Origin: Octopus vulgaris
Lineage: Eukaryota
NCBI GenBank assembly: GCA_951406725.2
Contig: OX597814.1
Location: forward strand, 108,934,001 to 108,998,000
DNA: 64,000 nt
Direction: 5' to 3'
This document shows positions 25,986 through 40,924 of this stretch, piece after piece (within the stretch, counting starts at the first letter, position 1; the number at the start of each line of letters is the position of its first letter). The notes beneath the pieces were generated by a model that saw only the letters and a list, made by a program, of their open reading frames with translations, was not told where the DNA came from and made no database searches. The translations under genes and the position numbers were made by a program.

Positions 25986-28900
25986 AAAGAGACAAAGGAA
26001 AGAGAGAGAGAGAGGGGTGTGGAAAGAGGGGAGAAAGAGAGAGAGGAGAAAGAGAGCGGGAGAGAGACACACACAGAAAGAGAGAAAAAGAGACAAGGAG
26101 AGAAGAGAGAAAGAGACAGAGGTTAGTTAATAAAATTAGGCTTAATTGCAATGACATTCATTTAAAGTCAAAAACAACCGAAATTTGTTTTTAGATTTCC
26201 TTCCGGAGAATTAAAAAATATGGATAAAAGAAAAACAAAAAGGAAGATCTTACAGATCCAAAGTCAATTTCATTGTCGCCTGTTTTGGTAAGTTCCATGA
26301 CAATCCCCTCTGAATCAGTACAGAAAACAGCACAGTTTATAGAATAGCCACCCCCTTTGATGTTCAGCTGTAAAGGGGCTGCCTTTCCCGTCACAATACA
26401 TGATGCGTTGAAGCTGACAATCTTTGACACCAAAGGCAGGAAATATATACTGATGGGAAACCTGTTGACAGAGCAGAAACAAGAAAAGGTTTGAAGTGAA
26501 AAAAAAAAGAGAATCAATATTCAATAAGTGCAGAGTGACAGTGGTAAGCAGTGATGAGTAGAAATACAGACTTGTTACCAGTTTGTAGTGGGGAAAAGAG
26601 TAGCAGAAGATGTTGAGGAAGCAGATGAAAGAGGCATGGGGACGACTTCAAAGCAAAACAATGGGAAAACATCGGATTCATCATCATCGTTTAACGTCCG
26701 TTTTCCAAGCTAGCATGGGTTGGACGGTTTGACCGGGGTCTAGGAAACCAGGGGGCTGCACCAGGCTCCAGTCTGATCTGGCAGTGTTTCTACAGCTGGA
26801 TGCCCTTCCTAACGACAACCACTCCGTGAGTGTAGTGGGTGCTTTTTACGTGTCACCGGCACAGGTGCCAGGCAAGGCTGGCATTTGCCACGATTGGTTG
26901 GTGCTTTTTATGTGTCATCAGCACGGAAGCCAGTCAAGGTGGCGCTGGCATCGGTCACGTTCGGATGGTGCTTTTTACGTGCCACCGGCACGGGTATCAC
27001 AACTACAATTTCCATTTGATTTTTGTTTTGATCCAAGGTAAACACAGTAGGCCGTCCTGTGATCCAAAGCACTTTGAATGGGCAGGGGCTGCTATGTGAA
27101 GCTGGTGCAGGAAACAGCCATGAACTCACGTTATTTGTCAGGTCACAGCATATCTCCAGAGGTCTCAGTCTTCTGTCATTGCCCCTGTGAGGCCCAATGT
27201 TCGAAGGTCATGCTTGACCACCACATCCCATGTCTTCCTGGGTCTACCTCTAGCCTGGATTCCTTCAACTGTTTGGGAGTGGCACTTCTTTACACATCTC
27301 TCCTCATCCATCTGTAGTACATGACCATACCAGCACAAACGTCTCTCTTGCATACCACATCCGATGCTTCTTATGTCCAGCATTTCTCTCGTAGTTTAAA
27401 TAATTTATTTAAACAACACTTGCATTTATTTGTTGTATACACCAAAAAATTCACTACATGACATTACCAACTTACTTTGAGTTGGTGAAGAAGAAAATAA
27501 ACGGGGGAAATACTGTGCCGATATGATGTGGTAAAACCGGACATGTTTTGTGTCTGTGTGTGCATTGGTCATTCAGTGGTGTCTGTTTATGTTCTGTGAC
27601 CGTTACTGTGTTGGGCCATTCGTGCCGAATATCTGGTTCTCTGTTGGCTACTTGACCGGTGCAAGGCTGTCTCTTGAGAGTTCACCTAGTAACAGCTTTT
27701 TGCCGTACCTTAACAGATTGCTGTATTTATAATGGTCAGGACAGCTAGCAGGACAGACATAGCACAGGAGTAATTTCTACTTTTGTAGGTCACCTCCCAG
27801 TCACTTGAACCTTAAATGACATGGCTCAAGTCGTAGGTCGAAGGAAAAACTATCCATCACTTTTTGATAGGACAAAGAAATTTCTTTCGCGCCTGTTTGG
27901 CCAATGGTGGCTCAGACGAGCGAGAATCCTTAGATTCGGTTTCGAATCTTGGCTCGGAAAACGGAAGTGTTAGTTTTCACAAGTTTAACCCTTTTGTTAC
28001 TGTATCTATTTTGAGATGCTCTGTATTTCTTTCAATTACTTTAAAGTTATCATTAAGCTAGTGTTAGGAACATAAATTGTGACTAAGGTTTGGTGGAAGA
28101 TTTTAATTCAAAACTTATAAAAACAAGACATTTATACTCAGAGCCAGAGTTGGTTTCAGCTGGGTTGGTAACAAAAGGGTTAAATATATTTGAGGCATAT
28201 TGGAACCTGTAGGAAAATAATTCACTGTATTTTGTCATGGAGAATATTTCTTGCTGTAGATAAGAGTGGCTGTGTGGTAGTAGCTTGCTTCCCAACCACA
28301 TGGTTACAGGTTCAGTCCCTCTATGTGGCACCTTGGGCAAGTGTCTTCTACTATAGAAATGGGTCAGCCATCACCTTATGAGTGCATTTGGTAGAGGTGT
28401 GTGTGTGTGTGTGTTTTGAAATCATAGCTGTAAATGAGCATCACTGTCATACAAGCGATGTTCTTCATTTCCAGTCTTCTGTGAAAAGCATGCTTGGCCA
28501 AGCGGAAACATTACCTAATTTGGAAACAGGTGAGGGATGCAAACAATAGCAGCAACTGGCCATAAAAGAATCTGCTTTAATAAATTCCGTCCAACCGAAG
28601 CAAGCATGGAAAAGTGGATGTTAAATGACGATGATGCACTGCTGAAACCAGGGGTGCATCTAGTATGTCTGTGCATGTTTTATGCCATCAAATATGATAA
28701 TAAAAGAGATTGCAGTGGATTTCCTCTCAGCTGAGACAAGTTATTGAACACCAACTTGTTACCAGTTCAAATATGCTGGAAGCATACTCAAACACATAAG
28801 AAATCCATTCATTTTATTAGGTCATGGAAAATATTTCTCACTGTGAACAAATAGGTGTAAATCCCCTAACCAGATAACTGCTGGATGACTGCAGCAGGTT

Positions 28901-31900
28901 ATCTCCTCTTCAGCAACAAAGTTTGGAGGGAAAAGAACTTTGTTACCAGCAGCAGCAACAGCGGAAGCTCCCTGAAGTTTCCCAATCTGTTCTTCTCCTG
29001 GCTCCCATGCTTTGGGAGCACTCACCTTCCTTGCTAATTACATCTCCCAGGTAACAAAAGCTATCGCCTACTTTCATTGAACCATTTGGGCATTTAAGAG
29101 CACTTGTTCCCAGTGAGCATGTACTGCTCCAGTTTACCTGTCACATATGAAGTTTACGTTCTCTACTAATCTTCCTGTGATTTCACCACATCTCTTGTGC
29201 GTCCAATGCTTGCGTACAGCACATGGGGTTTATACATACTCTTTGCCTACATTGTGATACTTGTGCCGGTGGCACGTAAAAGAACCATCCAAACGTGGCC
29301 GAGGCCAGCGCTGCCTTGACTGGCATCGGTGCTGGTGGCATGTAAAAAGCACCAACCGATAGTGGAAAATGCCAGCCTCCCCTGGCACCTGTGCCAGTGG
29401 CATGTAAAAAGCACCCACTACACTCACAGAGTGGTTGGTGTTAGGAAGGGCATCCAGCTGTAGAAACACTGCCAGATCAGACTGGAGCCTGGTGCAGCCT
29501 CCTGGCTTCCCAGACTCCGGTCGAACCATCCAACCCATGCTAACAGGGAAAACGGACATTACACGATGATGATGATGATGACTGTGCTCTACATCTCTTA
29601 TGTTGACTTCCTCTGAAGGTGGAGGAAGAGAGGAATGGCAGCAATGGGACCAAGAAAAAATAGAAAAAGAATTGAAGAAGAACAACAAGCAGCACTGCTG
29701 CCACTGCCACCATCCTCGTCCTCCTAACAAGGTCCCGGGGCTTTGATTACACAATGATAATATTCATATAATATTTAGGCTTATCAAAAGTTCATGTTCA
29801 GTAATTATTGTTAATTAAAAAAAAGAAAAAAGAAATAAAGGAACTGGTTCCAACAAGTTGTTACCGTGATTTCGGTGCCACTGTTCCTGACATTGGTTCT
29901 ATTTTTAGCTTGGAAGGAATTCCAGCAGAGAAGCAACTGTCTTCTGTGAAAGCAAATTCAAATTCACATTCTTCGTTGTTCACAAGATAAACGGTTTCTG
30001 TTATAGAATGGTCTGGAAAAGGAATCAGAGAGGAGAAAAAAGAAAACATTTGTTTAATAAAGATGATTTGTCTGTGTGTCTTCTTGTTTTGGCATCGCAT
30101 GGACATTGTTCATCTTTTATCTCTTACTCGTTTCAGTCATTGAAGAAGTTTCAGTCGAATGAATCAACCTCAGGATTTGTTTTTTTCTTTTTTAAACCTG
30201 GTATTTATTCTATCGGTCTCTTTTGCCAAACCACTAAGTTACTGGTGTATAAACACACCGACAATGGTTAGTGAGCAGTGGTAGTGGGCAAACACACACA
30301 CATGATGGGCTTCTTTCAGTTTTCAGTTACCAAGTACACTCACAAAGCTTAAGTCAGCCTGAGGCTACAGTAGAAGACATTTGCCCAAGGTGCCACACAG
30401 TGGGGTTGAACCTAGACCCACGTAGTTGGGAAGCAAACTTCGTATGGCACAGCCATACCTGTGCCTATCATCATCCACATGGTATTGTTCATTTCCAATT
30501 TTCGTTGCAAAACCTATCTGGCCATTGGGAAATATTACCTTACTTGGAAACGGGCAAGAATTGCTGACATTAAGGGCATCCAGCCATTGAAAACCTCCCT
30601 CAACAACTGTCTGACCCATCTGACCCATGTAAACAAGGAGAGGTGGATGTTAAATGATGACAATAATGAGAATGATGCCAGCACTCAGTCAGTTATGGCA
30701 ACGAGGGTGCCAGTTGAGAGGATTGAAGCAACAAGTAAAATGTCTTGCTGAAGGACACAATCTACCACCAGGAATTGAACTGCTGACCTTATGACTGTGA
30801 GCTGAATTTGCTAGCCACTAAGCCATGTTTCTACACCATGACAATGATGACATCATACACAACATTATATGACTTTTAGATTTATGAGACCTAACTCGTT
30901 AGCTACTGATTTATACCTGTCCATTTCTGATCCTTTTAATTAAAACATTTCTTTGCAGGAATCACTTAATTGAATCCTACATTAGAATATTTACTGAATC
31001 TGAGACATGGGAACAGAGTTTAACAAACAAGGCATTAAAAATCAGAACCTGAGATTCTACATGAACTGTCTCAGACTTGAACTCCTGAGCAAAAGGAATA
31101 AATAGTTGCAGACACGGCTGAAGAGTAACTGCAGGCAAACTAAAGGACAGAATAACAGTAATAGGCCCATCTCTCAACTACCATATTTACTCATCCAAAT
31201 TGTTACTTTCCTCATTACTTTTACCAGTTTGATGGTCTGAATCACTCATTACTGGTCAAAGAATAAATTCCATTCATAATTTGCTAGGGGCTTCCATGGT
31301 GTACATGGAGGCTACGGTTATGGTTCCCGCAACGAGGAGGGAGCCAGGCTGCTGGAGTTCTGCGATGCGAATAATCTTATGGTTTGCAACACTAACTTCA
31401 GGAAACCTACCAGCCACCTAGTCACCTACCGATCAGGCCGACATACGAGCCAAATCTACAACATCCTTGCCAGAAAAAGGGAAAGACGGCTGCTTATTAA
31501 TGCCAAAACCTTCCCAGGCGAAGAATGTACCCCACAACATAGACTGGTAGTTAGTGACTTTAGGATCAGGACTAAGAGGACAACCAGAAGACGACCAATA
31601 TGGAGAAGAAGGGTCTGGAAGCTTAAAGATCCTACGAATGGACAGAAATTTAGAGACATATTACTTGAAGCCTTTGACGAAATAGAAGGGGATATAGCTT
31701 CACATGCAGTAGAAGACAACTGGAGGTTTCTAAGGGACAACCTGCTGAGAGCCACTGACCAGATCTGTGGTTGGTGCAAAGTCCCCTCAAGACCCAAAAT
31801 AACGTGGTGGTGGAACAATATTGTTGACAGGGCTATTAGAGAAAAGAGACAGGCTTGGAAGGACTGGAAGAATGGGGGTAGCAGGGAAGTGTATCAGACT

Positions 31901-34900
31901 GCCAGAAGGGAAGCTAGGAGGCAATGTATTTAGCCAGAGGGGAAGCAGATAAGAAAAAATTTGCCAATGTTCTGTGCTGTGAGGATGAAAGACATGAGGT
32001 ATTTTGTGTTGCAAGATAGTGTGTGAGAGAGAATCGTGATGTGGTAGGAGAGAAATGTGTTCGCATGGATGATGGTTCACTTGCGCTAAATGAGGATGCA
32101 AAGAGAGAGGTTTGGAGACGCTACTATGAAAGGTTGCTGAATAAAGAAAATGAATGGGATAAAGAGAGTCTGCCGAATTTCGACCCAACAGAGGGACCAG
32201 CTATCCGAGTTGACAGTTCCTTGGGAGTTAAGGCAATTAGAAGCATGAAGACAGAGAAAGCCTCAGGCCCATCAGGAATTACTGCAGAGATGCTCAAAAT
32301 ATCTGGTAGTGTTAGCTATAGCCTAGTCACCCGTATAGTTAACCAGGTGATACATGAAGGAGTCATTCCCAATGACTGGTGTAGCAGCATAATAGTCAAC
32401 TGCTACAAAGGTAAAGGTGACGCCCTAGATACAAATAACTACAGGGGTATCAAGCTGCTGGATCAGGTAATGAAGGTTACAGAGAGGGTTATAGCCCAAC
32501 TAATTAGAGAGAGAGTTAGCTTAGATGAGATGCAGTTTGGGTTTGTGCCAGGGAAAAGTACTACTGATGCTATATTCCTGGTAAGACAGCTGCAGGAGAA
32601 ATACCTAGCCAAAGATAAGCCCCTGTACCTGGCTTTTGTTGACATGGAGAAAGCCTTCGACAGGGTCCTCCGATCCCTTATCTGGTGGTCAATGAGGAAA
32701 CTAGGGATAGATGAATGGTTAGTGAGAGCTGTGCGAGCCATGTACAGAGACGCTGCTAGTAAGGTGAGGGTTGGCAACGAGTACAGTGAAGAATTCCGGG
32801 TAGAGGTTGGGGTCCACCAAGGTTCAGTCCTCAGCCCCCTCCTATTTATCATAGTCCTCCAGGCAATAACGGAGGAATTCAAGACAGGATGCCCCTGAGA
32901 GCTCCTCTATGCTGATGACCTTGCTCTAATTGCTGAGTCACTATCAGAACTGGAGGAGAAGTTTCAGGTGTGGAAGCAAGGATTAGAATCGAAGGGCCTT
33001 AGAGTCAACCTAGCTAAAACCAAAGTAGGAAGATAGACAAATCACAAACGCCTTCAGGTAGATGGCCCTGCTCGATCTGTAGAAAAGGCATAGGTAGAAA
33101 CTCTATAAGGTGCACCAAGTGTAAGCTATGGACACATAAGAGGTGCAGCAATGTTCAAGGAAGGCTAACTAGGAAAATAGTTTTTGTATGTGGCAGATGC
33201 TCAGGAGCAATAAACACTGAAAATGCGCAGAGAACAACTTCCACCACATTCCACGGAGAAAAACTAGAAATAGTTGATAACTTCCGTTACCTCGGTGACC
33301 AAGTCAGTAGCGGGGGTGGGTGTGCTGAAAGTGTAACTACTAGAGTAAGAATAGCCTGGGCAAAGTTCAGAGAGCTCTTACCTCTGCTGGTGACAAACGG
33401 CCTCTCGCTCAGAGTAAAAGGCAGACTGTATGACGCATGTGTACAAACAGCCATGCTACATGGTAGTGAAACATGGGCCGTGACTGCTGAGGATATGCGT
33501 AAGCTCACAAGAAATGAAGCTAGTATGCCACCATGGATGTGTAATGTCAGTGTTCATACTCGACAGAGTGTAAGTACCTTGAGAGAAAAGGTGGACCTAA
33601 GAAGCATCAGTTGTGGCGTACAAGAGAGACGTTGTGGCGTACAAGAGAGATGTTTGCTGGTATGGTCATGTGACAAGAATGGATGAAGATAGTTGTGTGA
33701 AAAAGTGCAATACCCTAGTGGTTGAGGGAACCTGCGGAAGAGGTAGACCCAGGAAAACCTGGGATGAGGTGGTGAAGCACGACCTTCGAACTTTAGGTCT
33801 CACCGAGGAAATGACTATGGAAGTATGCTGTGCGTGAGAAGACCCGGCATGACAAGTAAGACCATAACCCGTGGCCTCTACTTGGGATGTAGCCAGTCCA
33901 CTTATGCATACCTTTCCTTCTTGGGACACAAAACCCTACTTGTGAAGACCTGTTGAGGCAAGTGAGAGTCAGAATCAAAATCAAAATCGATCAACATCAA
34001 TGGAAATTAGAGCTGTGATACGAGTGCCGGTGGCACGTAAGCGAACCATCTGAACGTGGCCATTGCCAGCACCGTGCCGATGGGCCTCCGTGCCGGTGGC
34101 ACGTAAAAAGCACCATCCAATCGTGGCCATTGCTAGCCTCACCTGGCCTCTGTGCCGGTGGCATTTAAAAATGCGCCATCCGATCGTGGCTGTTTGCCAG
34201 CCTCGTCTGGCACCTGTGTCGGTGGCATGTAAAAAGCACCCACTACACTCATGGAGTGGTTGGCTTTAGGAAGGGCATCCAGCCATAGAAACATTGCCAG
34301 ATCAGACTGGGCCTGGTGCAGCCTTCTGGCTTCCCAGACCCCAGTTGAACCGTCCAACCCATGCCAGCATGGAAAGCAGACGCTAAATGATGAATTTCCT
34401 TGGCTGCAAAGAGCCTCAGCCTTGTTTGTTTACAAGATAAAGTACAGGGTTTAATCACAAGTTCGTTCCATCACAAAAAGTTCCATTTTTTTAATTAAAA
34501 ACAAAAGTAAACCACAGCTGGGCGGGGGGCACCATTAACCTATTTCTTTACTACCCACAAGGGGCTAAACACAGAGAGGACAAACAAGGACAGACAAATG
34601 GGTTAAGACAATTATATCAACCCCAGTGCGTAACTGGTACTTATTTAATCGACTCCAAAAGGATGAAAGGCAAAGTGGACCTCGGCGGAATTTGAACTCA
34701 GAACGTAACAGCAGACGAAATACGGCTACGCATTTCGCCCAGCGTGCTAACGATTCTGCCAGTTCGCTGCCATTAACAAGTCATAAACCTGACTACAAAA
34801 CTGCAACATGATCTATTGTCTATTTCTTTAGTATTTTGTCTTCTTTTTTCTGCTTGTTCCTTCATTACCATTTTACCAGGAATCCGGTAGAGAATACGTT

Positions 34901-37900
34901 TAGGCTGTTCTTGCTCTACCAGGAACAAAGCATGATGGGGAGTTAGAGAAAATTCAGTCTTAAATTCTTTGTTTTAACTGAAACTGAAACACAACAAAAA
35001 TCACAGAAGTGGTCTTCATTCTGGAATGATTTCCAAATGGAAGAATTTGAACTTTTTGATCAGAAATTAATTTTAAGGTAATATGATAAAGGAATACTTA
35101 CCAATGACCAGGCGCTTGAGCAATACATGTGACCGGTCAAATAAGATGTCAGGGTCATGGACATTGGCGACAAAAAGGAAAGGGATTTTGATACTCTTTT
35201 GTGCAATTTGGAACTCCCAAAAGGATTCACTGTAACCGATTTGATAGGGCATGAATTCAAATACCATCTGATTGGGGAGAAAGAGAAAAAAGAATAAGAT
35301 TCTTTAAGAAAGCTATTTCTGTTTGTCAGCTGAGAATGAAATTTCATAAAGGAAGATGATGATGATAAGATGCAGACACGATGGCAATAAGAATAGTAAT
35401 GGTTACTGATTTGAGAACAAAGCCTGCAATTTTTTAAGGGAAGTCGGATGGTCATAATCAGTACCTAAATGATATTTTATTTTATGGACCCTGGAAGGAT
35501 GAAAGACAAAGTTGACCTTAGTGTGGATTGAACTCAGAACATAAAAGAGCAAAAACTATGAAACATGTCAGCTTCTGATGCTTCAATGATTTTGTCAATT
35601 CAAATAATAACTTCACTTCATGAATCTTCAAAGAAGGTGGCATAGAAGTGCCACTGTGAAAAGGCTGATTAATGTGGAGAATGCATGAGAGGAGGAGAGT
35701 CTACCAAATGTGGACCCAACTGAGGGACCAGCTATCCAAATCAACAATAGCTTAGTGGATAAAGCAATTAAGGATATGAAGACAGGGAAAGCTCCCAGCA
35801 TATCAGGAATCACTGCTGAGATGCTAAAAATATCTGGTGGAGTGGGGTATAGTCTAGTCACCTGTATAGATAACCAGGTTGTCCACAAGGGAGTCATACC
35901 CAACAATTGGTCTAGCAGCATTATAGTCAACTGCTACAAAGGTAAAAGTGACACCAGAGACAGAAATAATTACAGAGGTATCAAAACTGCTCAATCAGAT
36001 CTTGAAGGTAACAGAAAGGGCCATACCGTAACTAATTAGGAAGAGATGCAGTTTGGTTTTTGCACCAGGAAGAAGAAGTACTACTGGTGATATCTTCTTT
36101 GTAAGGCAAGTGCAGGAGAGAAGCATTTCAACAAAAATAAAATGCTGTACATGGCATTTGTTGACATGGATACAGCTTTTGACAGGGTCCCTTGCTCCCT
36201 CATCTGGTGATTGCTGCAGAAGCTAGTGGGTAGATGAGTGGCTGGTGAGAGCCATTCAAGCCGTGAATAGGGATGTAGTCATTAAAGAGAAAGTCTGTAA
36301 CAAATTCAGTGTATGGGCAGGAGTTCACTAAGGCTCGGTTCTCAGCCCCCTTGTTTACCATAGTCTTCCAGGCCATAACAGAAGAATTCAAAACTGGTTG
36401 GTTGTGAGAGCTCCTCTATTTTGTTGACCTTGTTCTTACAGCTGAATCTATAGTAGAACTAGCAGTATCACCCGGCATTTCTCGGGTTTGTTTCAACCCT
36501 TTAGAATTGGAATTTTTGAAAAGTAAAAATTTTGCATTATGTAGCTTGTTATTCTCTTTATTTCTGGTTGAAATATACCGAAAAATGGCAACACAGCAGT
36601 CAAAAAATCGTAAAAAATAAGGATTTTCATAGAAAAAAAAGCACCTTTTTGATGTAAATAATTTTTGGTCTTAACATGGTCCGATTTGAATTTTTTCTTC
36701 TACAGAAAGAAGAGCAAGTCTTCTTCTATCCTACTCTCAATTTTTGTCAACTTGCGCCACAGGGTCTCAGAGGAGATAGTGTTAGTTGAAGGCTACCAAA
36801 CCTGCCATACACAGACAACTTCAGCTTTATATATATAGAGAGAGATTTGAGAAATTCCAGGAGTTGAAACAAGGCCGGGAATCGAAGTGACTCAGAGTTA
36901 ATCTAGCAAACCAAAATACTAGGAAGAAAGAAAGCAGAAAAATTGCCAATTTCTTCAGGGAAATGTCCCTGCTCAATAATGCAGAAAAGGTGTAGGTAGA
37001 AATTTCCAGTACAGGCTAGGGACACATAAGATGTGCAGTGAAAATACAAGAGTGCAAAATCACCTCAGCTTTTTTCCCTGGTTTCACAGACCCTCGGGTA
37101 GTTAAACAGTTGAAGCCGATATTGCTCTTCTGTGGTTTCTCATCTTGATAAATCCATTCATAGGTGTATTTCTCATTGGTTGGGTTGAAAATTGGAAATG
37201 ATCTACAATGGATAAAAAATGGTGAAAAATACAAGGAATATCAAATTGGCAACCCACCATCATCAACATCATTAGCATCATCATCTTTGTTATCGTGTCA
37301 TCTTCAATGTCAGCACCATCATTACCACTCTCCCCTCCTCCTCATCACCATCATCAAAATTATCATGTCATTCGCATTGTCACCCACATCACCACCATTG
37401 CTGTCATCATCAAGATCGTCATCACATAGTCTTCATAGTCATCATCATTACCACTCTTACCACCAACACCACCACCACAACCTCCACCACCATCACTACC
37501 ACCACCACCACCACCATCACAACCACCACCACAACCTCCGCCTCCATCACCACCTCAACCACCACCACCATCATCACAACCACCACCACATCTACCACCA
37601 ATACCACTCCAAGATATATTCTTCCATGGTGCCTTGTGATGGCCTGCATATCAAAGGATTAGTCCCAAACCTTTGAAATCCAGAAAACTCAAAATCCTAC
37701 GGCTTCACTTGTATTCTTTTTCTCAGGACTCCATCCTCTTCATTTCCCCCAGTATTCCAGTCTATTATCACGACAGAGCAGTTCATTCCCCATCACCCAT
37801 TATCAATGCTCATCAAACACAATATATAAATCACAAGATGCCTCTGCTGATCAGCCATTCTTGTCTAGCAGTGATTTCTCCATTTCCTGCTGGCACCAGT

Positions 37901-40871
37901 GCCACATATCTCTGCAAGTCCTTCCCTCAAGCCTCTCATATATTTCTCCCCATCAGTCCTGCCCACTCATCCAACCCAAGCCTCTATATCACTTCATCTA
38001 TTCTCAACAACCCAATGTCCCTTGAGGCTGTATTGGTCTATGTAGCTAAATAGTTGAATGATCTCCCTTGCAAGAAATATCATAGAGTAACCTCTCTTTT
38101 CTAAGTTTCTCAAAGCATCCGTATCATAAGATGTGATTCATAATTATTCAAGAAGCTTAGTGTTTCTCTTGGAAGTTTCTAGAATGTCTGGCATTCCATT
38201 AATAAAAACAGCTTACTAACCCAGCTCTTCGCTTCTTAGTTGATTAGACTTAGAGCAATTCTCGTCATTGCTATGTCCGTCTATTTCTCTACGCCACATG
38301 ACTGAAAGCCACCACTGAGCTGTTATTTCTATATTTCCTATCTCTCAACTTTCTTGCATAGATTATTTCATTCAACTAGATTCTACATTTTGATTCCTTG
38401 TATTATCACCGATAAAAGAAATAAATATATTTTTCTGTGGTAAATGTATATAGACCTTGAATTTATTCTTTCATCTCTTTATGACCTCTTGTAATAACAT
38501 ACACACAGTCACATCAACACCTTGTACTGACTATATATTCCACTACAAGGGTGTGTCTTCACACATCTTTGCCATCATCTCTCTCTCTCTCGCTATTGCT
38601 CTCTTTATCTTACTCTCCAATTCACTTCCTTTTCTTTTCCAACTGGAGTCTCCATGTATCTGTGCTACAACAAAACACCTATGTCTGGCTCCTCTAGACC
38701 CTAAATTTTTCAACTGGCACAAAACCACACACCCAACTCAATACTACTCCTTCTTCCAAGGTACTTGAAGACCCTGTCAGTATCAGTACCACATTAAAAG
38801 CACCCAATACACTCTGTGGAGTGGTTGGCACTAGGAAAGGCATCCAGCAGTAGAAACCATGCCAAAGCAGACAATGGAGCCTGGTGAAGCTCTCCAGCCT
38901 TGCCAGCTACTATCAAGCCATCCAACCCTTGCTAGCAAAGAAGATGGCCATTAAATCATGATGATGATGATGATGATGGAAAGAAACAATTTCAGGCCCA
39001 ATATTTTAGAAAACACAACAGTCATTTTAAGGTAAATTGGGTTTTAAATGGAGCAAACTTACTTGGAAATTTTTGATTGCAGTCCGACACATTCTAATTC
39101 AATGACCCGTGTATTGGGATCAAGGACAGCAGAGGGAGGTGCTCCAGCAGGGCCACATTGCTTTGGGTCTCGGCGAGCATTGCGGACGTAGTCAGATTCT
39201 TTGACATCAAAATGGCAATAAGGCATCAGGCCTTTGGCTTTTATCATAATGGTGGGCGCTTCGACTTCTTCTTCAAGGTTGGGAATACTAAATAGTGGAA
39301 AGGAAAACAAATGTAAGTAGAGAGGGGGGTGTAAAAGGAAGAGAAGAAAAAGGAGAGGGATGGAGGGGGCAAACAGGAGGCAGAGGGAGAGAAGCCTAGA
39401 AGGGGAGGAGAGGTGTGGGATTGGAGGAGGAGAGGGTGGGGGCAAGAGAGGACAGAGAGGAGATAGAGAAGAGAGAGGGGGAGACGAAGAGGGGGAATAG
39501 AAAGAAGAGATGAGGAAGAGGGGAAGAGGAAGAGAGGAGGAAGAGGAAGAGAGGGGGAAGAGGAAGAGGAAAAAAAGGAGGAGGGATGGAGGGGCGAACA
39601 GGAGGCAGAGGGAGAGAAGTCTGGAAGGGGAGGAGAGGTGTGGGATTGGAGGAGGAGAAGGTGGAGGCAAGAGAGGACAGAGAGGAGATAGAGGATAGAG
39701 GAAATAGAGGATAGAGAGGAGAGAGAGAGGGGGACAGACGAAGAGGGGGAAGAGAAAGAAGAGATGAGGAAGAGAAGAGATGAAAAAGAGAGAGGGAAGA
39801 GGAAGAAGCGCGAGGAAAGGAGGAAGGGGAGGAGGTCGTCATCTCACACTGTCACAATGGCCAAATTGATTGCTTAATGAGAAATTGTTTCCTCAACATG
39901 CAGAAGGACAACAGTAATGGCAGACACCAGTTGGATTTGAACTCCAAATATAAACTGAAGAACTTAAAGCATTGTCAGAAAGGTCAATATTTATTACCCA
40001 TAAGGGGCTAAACACAGAGAAGACAAACAAGGACAGACAAACGGATTAAGTCGAATACATCAACCCCAGTGCATAACTGGTACTTAATTTATCGACGCAG
40101 TAAGGATGAAAGGCAAAGTCGACCTCGGCAGAATTTGAACTCAGAATGTAAAGACAGACGAAATACCGCTAGGCATTTCACCCGGCGTGCTTAACGTTTC
40201 TGCCAGCTCACCGCCTTGGAAGCAAGCTTCTTACCACACAACCATGCCTGTGCCTCATACGTATTTTAATAACTCAGAAAGCAATCCACATTTAAAAACT
40301 AATAAAGCAATTTAACGTAACTTTCATTACCAACAAACAAGTTTTCCAGAGACTTCCGCAGCTTTCAAAGGAGAATATTTCACAGTAAATGTGCAGGACA
40401 TATCGGCAGCTATGGTGCCATAATCTGGTTCAATGGTGATCGGAATGTAAGTGTCCATTTGTACAGAAGGACTGCGGTTTGGCTCTTCTTCTGGCAAATT
40501 ACTGCTCAAATGAATGTCATCCAGCACAACTTGCCAACTGTATTCCAGCTGAACGATTCCATTGTTTGTTAAACAAAATCTACACAAAATATAAATAAAA
40601 AATAAAAATAAAAACATTTCTTTCAATCATTTGTAAACTTCAATGAATTCCATTAAAAAATTCTATATTGGAATTTTATTTTTTACATGTTTCAGGCACT
40701 TGGCTGTGGCCATGCTGCAGCACCACCTTGAAAGGGTTCTAGTCGAACAGGGTTAATTTTTTTAAAGCCTATTCTATCGGTCTCTTTTGCTGAACTGCTA
40801 AGTTATGGGGACATAAACACACCAACACTGGTTGTCAAGCGGTGATAGGGGACAATTATAGACACACAGAC

Positions 40872-40924
<53 letters not shown>

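Noticed and set aside
34020-34250. CRISPR-like array of GTGCCGGTGGCAC hairpin repeats
   Set aside because: The spacers resemble each other, the array is a LINE 3' UTR, the context is eukaryotic and there are no cas genes.
37164-37676. His-rich 170-aa ORF
   Set aside because: Product of (CAC)n/(CAT)n repeats, antisense to HYDIN.
37700-38400. Ty3/gypsy RNase H remnant on the minus strand
   Set aside because: Only faint broken motifs; needs an HMM search.
39059-39670. 203-aa ORF as a longer HYDIN exon
   Set aside because: Only 39063-39287 is HYDIN-like and splice-bounded; the rest is the pyrimidine tract.
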